From the NCBI GenBank assembly GCA_013265495.1, contig MU058000.1:186001-250000 (forward strand): a stretch of 64,000 bases of DNA, given 5' to 3'. The position numbers and the translations under genes were made by a program. The DNA is from Vicugna vicugna. Its lineage: Eukaryota. This document shows positions 61,480 to 64,000 of the stretch, piece after piece (the stretch's first letter is position 1; every line of letters starts with the position of its first letter). The notes under the pieces were generated by a model. That model did not search any database. It worked only from the letters and a program-made list of their open reading frames with translations, and was not told the origin of the DNA.

Positions 61480-62894
61480 CAGCTGATTGGGGCTGTCTGC
61501 CTGGCAGGGAGAAAGAATAACATACCATTCTCTCACAAACAATGTAGACTTTCCCAGATTTATAAAATTCCAACTTAAAAATACTACCCAAAGAAAGGAA
61601 AAGAGTAAACTACTTTCTAAAGCTTCATAAATAAACAGCCAATGAAATAACTGTATCCCTCTAGGGCTGAACTAAGGGAAATTGCAGTTCTGTAGGTCTA
61701 AATGATTCAATCTAAGTTTCAGGAAGATTAAAAATTAGGATGAATTAAAACTTAATGACTTTTTTAATATCTTGCATTTATGTAAGATGTAATAATTTAA
61801 AAAAATCTCACATCCAGAAATATGTAATAAAATAGTGTAACTGCTGAATAAGGAAAAGTCATCAAAAATTGTCCAGAAATTTTGACAGAATAAAAGGCAA
61901 ATAAAATATGCAATGCAAATTAAGTAAATAAGATCATCTTATCTTGGTCATAGATAGGGTGGATGCAAAAGGCCCCCAAAAGACAAACTGTTACAACTAA
62001 TCACACATTTAGAGGGTTTTGGACATAAGGTGAAAACTGGATTTGGGGATTTGCCAGTTTGTTGAAACAGAGAAATTGTGGCTAGTTGTCAGGAAAGGCC
62101 AGGATACAAGACTCTGCCAGAAGGAAGTATAAGCATATTATGAAAGTAATTACACAGTATCTGTCAGAGTTGGTGTAGCAAGCAAAGTGGTATATGTAAA
62201 AATTTGGTTGGCTAAGAAACCTTGAAAGAGTTAAGGTCATGGTTCTGAACAATATTCAGAAATCAGCTTCCATTAGTCACCTCTATATCGGCAAATCTCA
62301 GAAAAACTGTGCCGGAAAAGTAAAATCAATCTACCGAGGTTAATTATCTGTATAGCTATCATGATGATACCAAAGAAAGGATGTACTCTGAATGTTCAAT
62401 ATATAAACAGGTACAAGTCACATGAAAACTGGCCATCATAGCAGACTTAGGAGGATGTCCGCATGACACGGTGACACTGAATTCTGGGGACTGGAGAAAA
62501 CCTCACAGGTAAGATTAAAAGCACAAGCAAGGACTGTCCTTTTCTATATCTAGTCATGAAGTGCTACTAACTATTCTAGACTCTACTGAACAGACTATGA
62601 TCTCAGGCAACAACAAATTTTATTCCATAAATATTTAATTTGGGGGACTTAGATTTCTAGTTATAAAAAGATAAGAGTTGGACTAAATCATCTCTGAGGA
62701 TCCTTCCAGATTTAAAACAACATGATTCTGAGTGGGCCATCTCAGTCTTCCACTCATCAACTCATTCCTACCCTGGTTTTCCTTGGATAGGGAGCGTCTG
62801 CTCTTGGGTGCTGTGGAACTCCCCTGAACCGTTCTAACAAAGAGCCTTCTGATCTGTCTCTAACTTGGGAACATAAAATCCCGCTGGCCTAAGG

Positions 62895-63042
62895 CAGTGC
62901 TTCTCACACAGTAATGTGCATTTGAATCACCTGGAGATCCTGTCAACATGCAGGCTCTAATTCAGGAGATTCAGTGCTACTAACAATCTCTCAGGTAATA
63001 CAAATGCTGCTGGTTCATGGACCACACTCAGAATAGCAAAGG
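62895..63042. mobile_element. MER5A-like (hAT-Charlie), internally deleted
   Basis: 'cagtgcttctca..tgcatttgaatcacctggagatcctgt..aatgctgctggttcatggaccacact..gaatagcaa'. Confidence 0.85.
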
Positions 63043-64000
63043 TCTGAGATACTCTAGAGGTCTCAGTGGCTTTGAAAAAAGCAGCAACAGCAAACACTAG
63101 GTTTCCTAAAGTCTGCAGAGTGACAGTGCAATGAAATCGTCATGTTCTAGATGAAATCTAAGGCCTACTTACCAGTTCAATTTGTTTTCAAGTCCTCAGT
63201 AATAAAGATACAATTTGCATTTCACTGCTAATATTTCACTTTTGGACTACAATTTAACAGTGTCAGTGAGAAAGACAGCCATACCTACATGTCGTTCATG
63301 CAGTAGTTCTCAGAAAATACAGACTGTAAATAGCTATGTTCTGTTTCAGAAGCAACAGTATTGACATTTGGGGTTTATTCTAAAAAAACTGACATTATCC
63401 TTTAATGAGACAGAAAGTACTCTTTCAAAGCTCAACTGAAATCCAATTTTTTTCTATACGGAATTTATTTTTGATCATTAAAAGTAAACTGGTCTTATTA
63501 TTTTTGTTTGGGGAGAAAAAATAAAGTCATCAAATATTTTAAAGCTGCTCTACAAACCAAGAATAAGAGGCCATATGTCTTTAATTAAAAAAGAGAGAGA
63601 GAGAACAAGAGAAGTATCCAATACTAACTTATGAAACCTAAAAATAAAAAATATTACAAAAAGGCAACTCCAGACTTACTGATATGTTTAACTGTATCTA
63701 TAAGTTAATTATTAGATAACTAACTTCTCCATTAACTTCTCACTTAAAATTTTTGTTGTCCCTAGATCACAATGCATACTCAAACTAATAGTTCATTTGA
63801 ATTATTGTTATTTGCATTGCTAAAATAAATATACATGAATATACAGAAAAAAATACCGCTGTTAAATAAATTATTTCCAGTTTATATTAGAAGCCAATGT
63901 TTCAGAAGGGACATCTGAGGATGAAGAAGAACATGGGATGCCTGTGTTTTCTCCCACAAGTGCTTTATAAACTCTTCCTGATACATGACTTCAGTTCAAA

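Noticed and set aside
1..64000. CpG-island promoter, CRISPR array, rRNA, NUMT or bacterial-type system
   Set aside because: None seen; the sequence is CpG-depleted mammalian DNA throughout.

Overview
AT-rich, CpG-poor eutherian genomic DNA, most likely camelid: a tRNA-Ala-derived vic-1-like SINE sits at ~60716, and I saw no Alu, B1, Bov-A/BovB or PRE-1 elements. I recognise no protein-coding gene; the supplied ORFs look like chance or transposon-derived frames. The window reads as the intron of a large gene (host probably on the minus strand) or as intergenic DNA. It is full of old L1M/HAL1, L2, MIR, MaLR (MLT1), ERV solo LTRs and MER/Tigger DNA-transposon fossils, with several long repeat-poor stretches. 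The most striking unexplained structure is a ~450-bp inverted duplication of sequence I cannot assign to a repeat family (7967-8413 vs 10958-11408, about 87% identical by hand alignment). It encloses a 2.5-kb spacer carrying small exon-like units with splice signals on both strands, making it a candidate long-hairpin/circRNA/RNA-editing module. Repeat-family names come from recalled consensus motifs, not a database search, and most boundaries are approximate.
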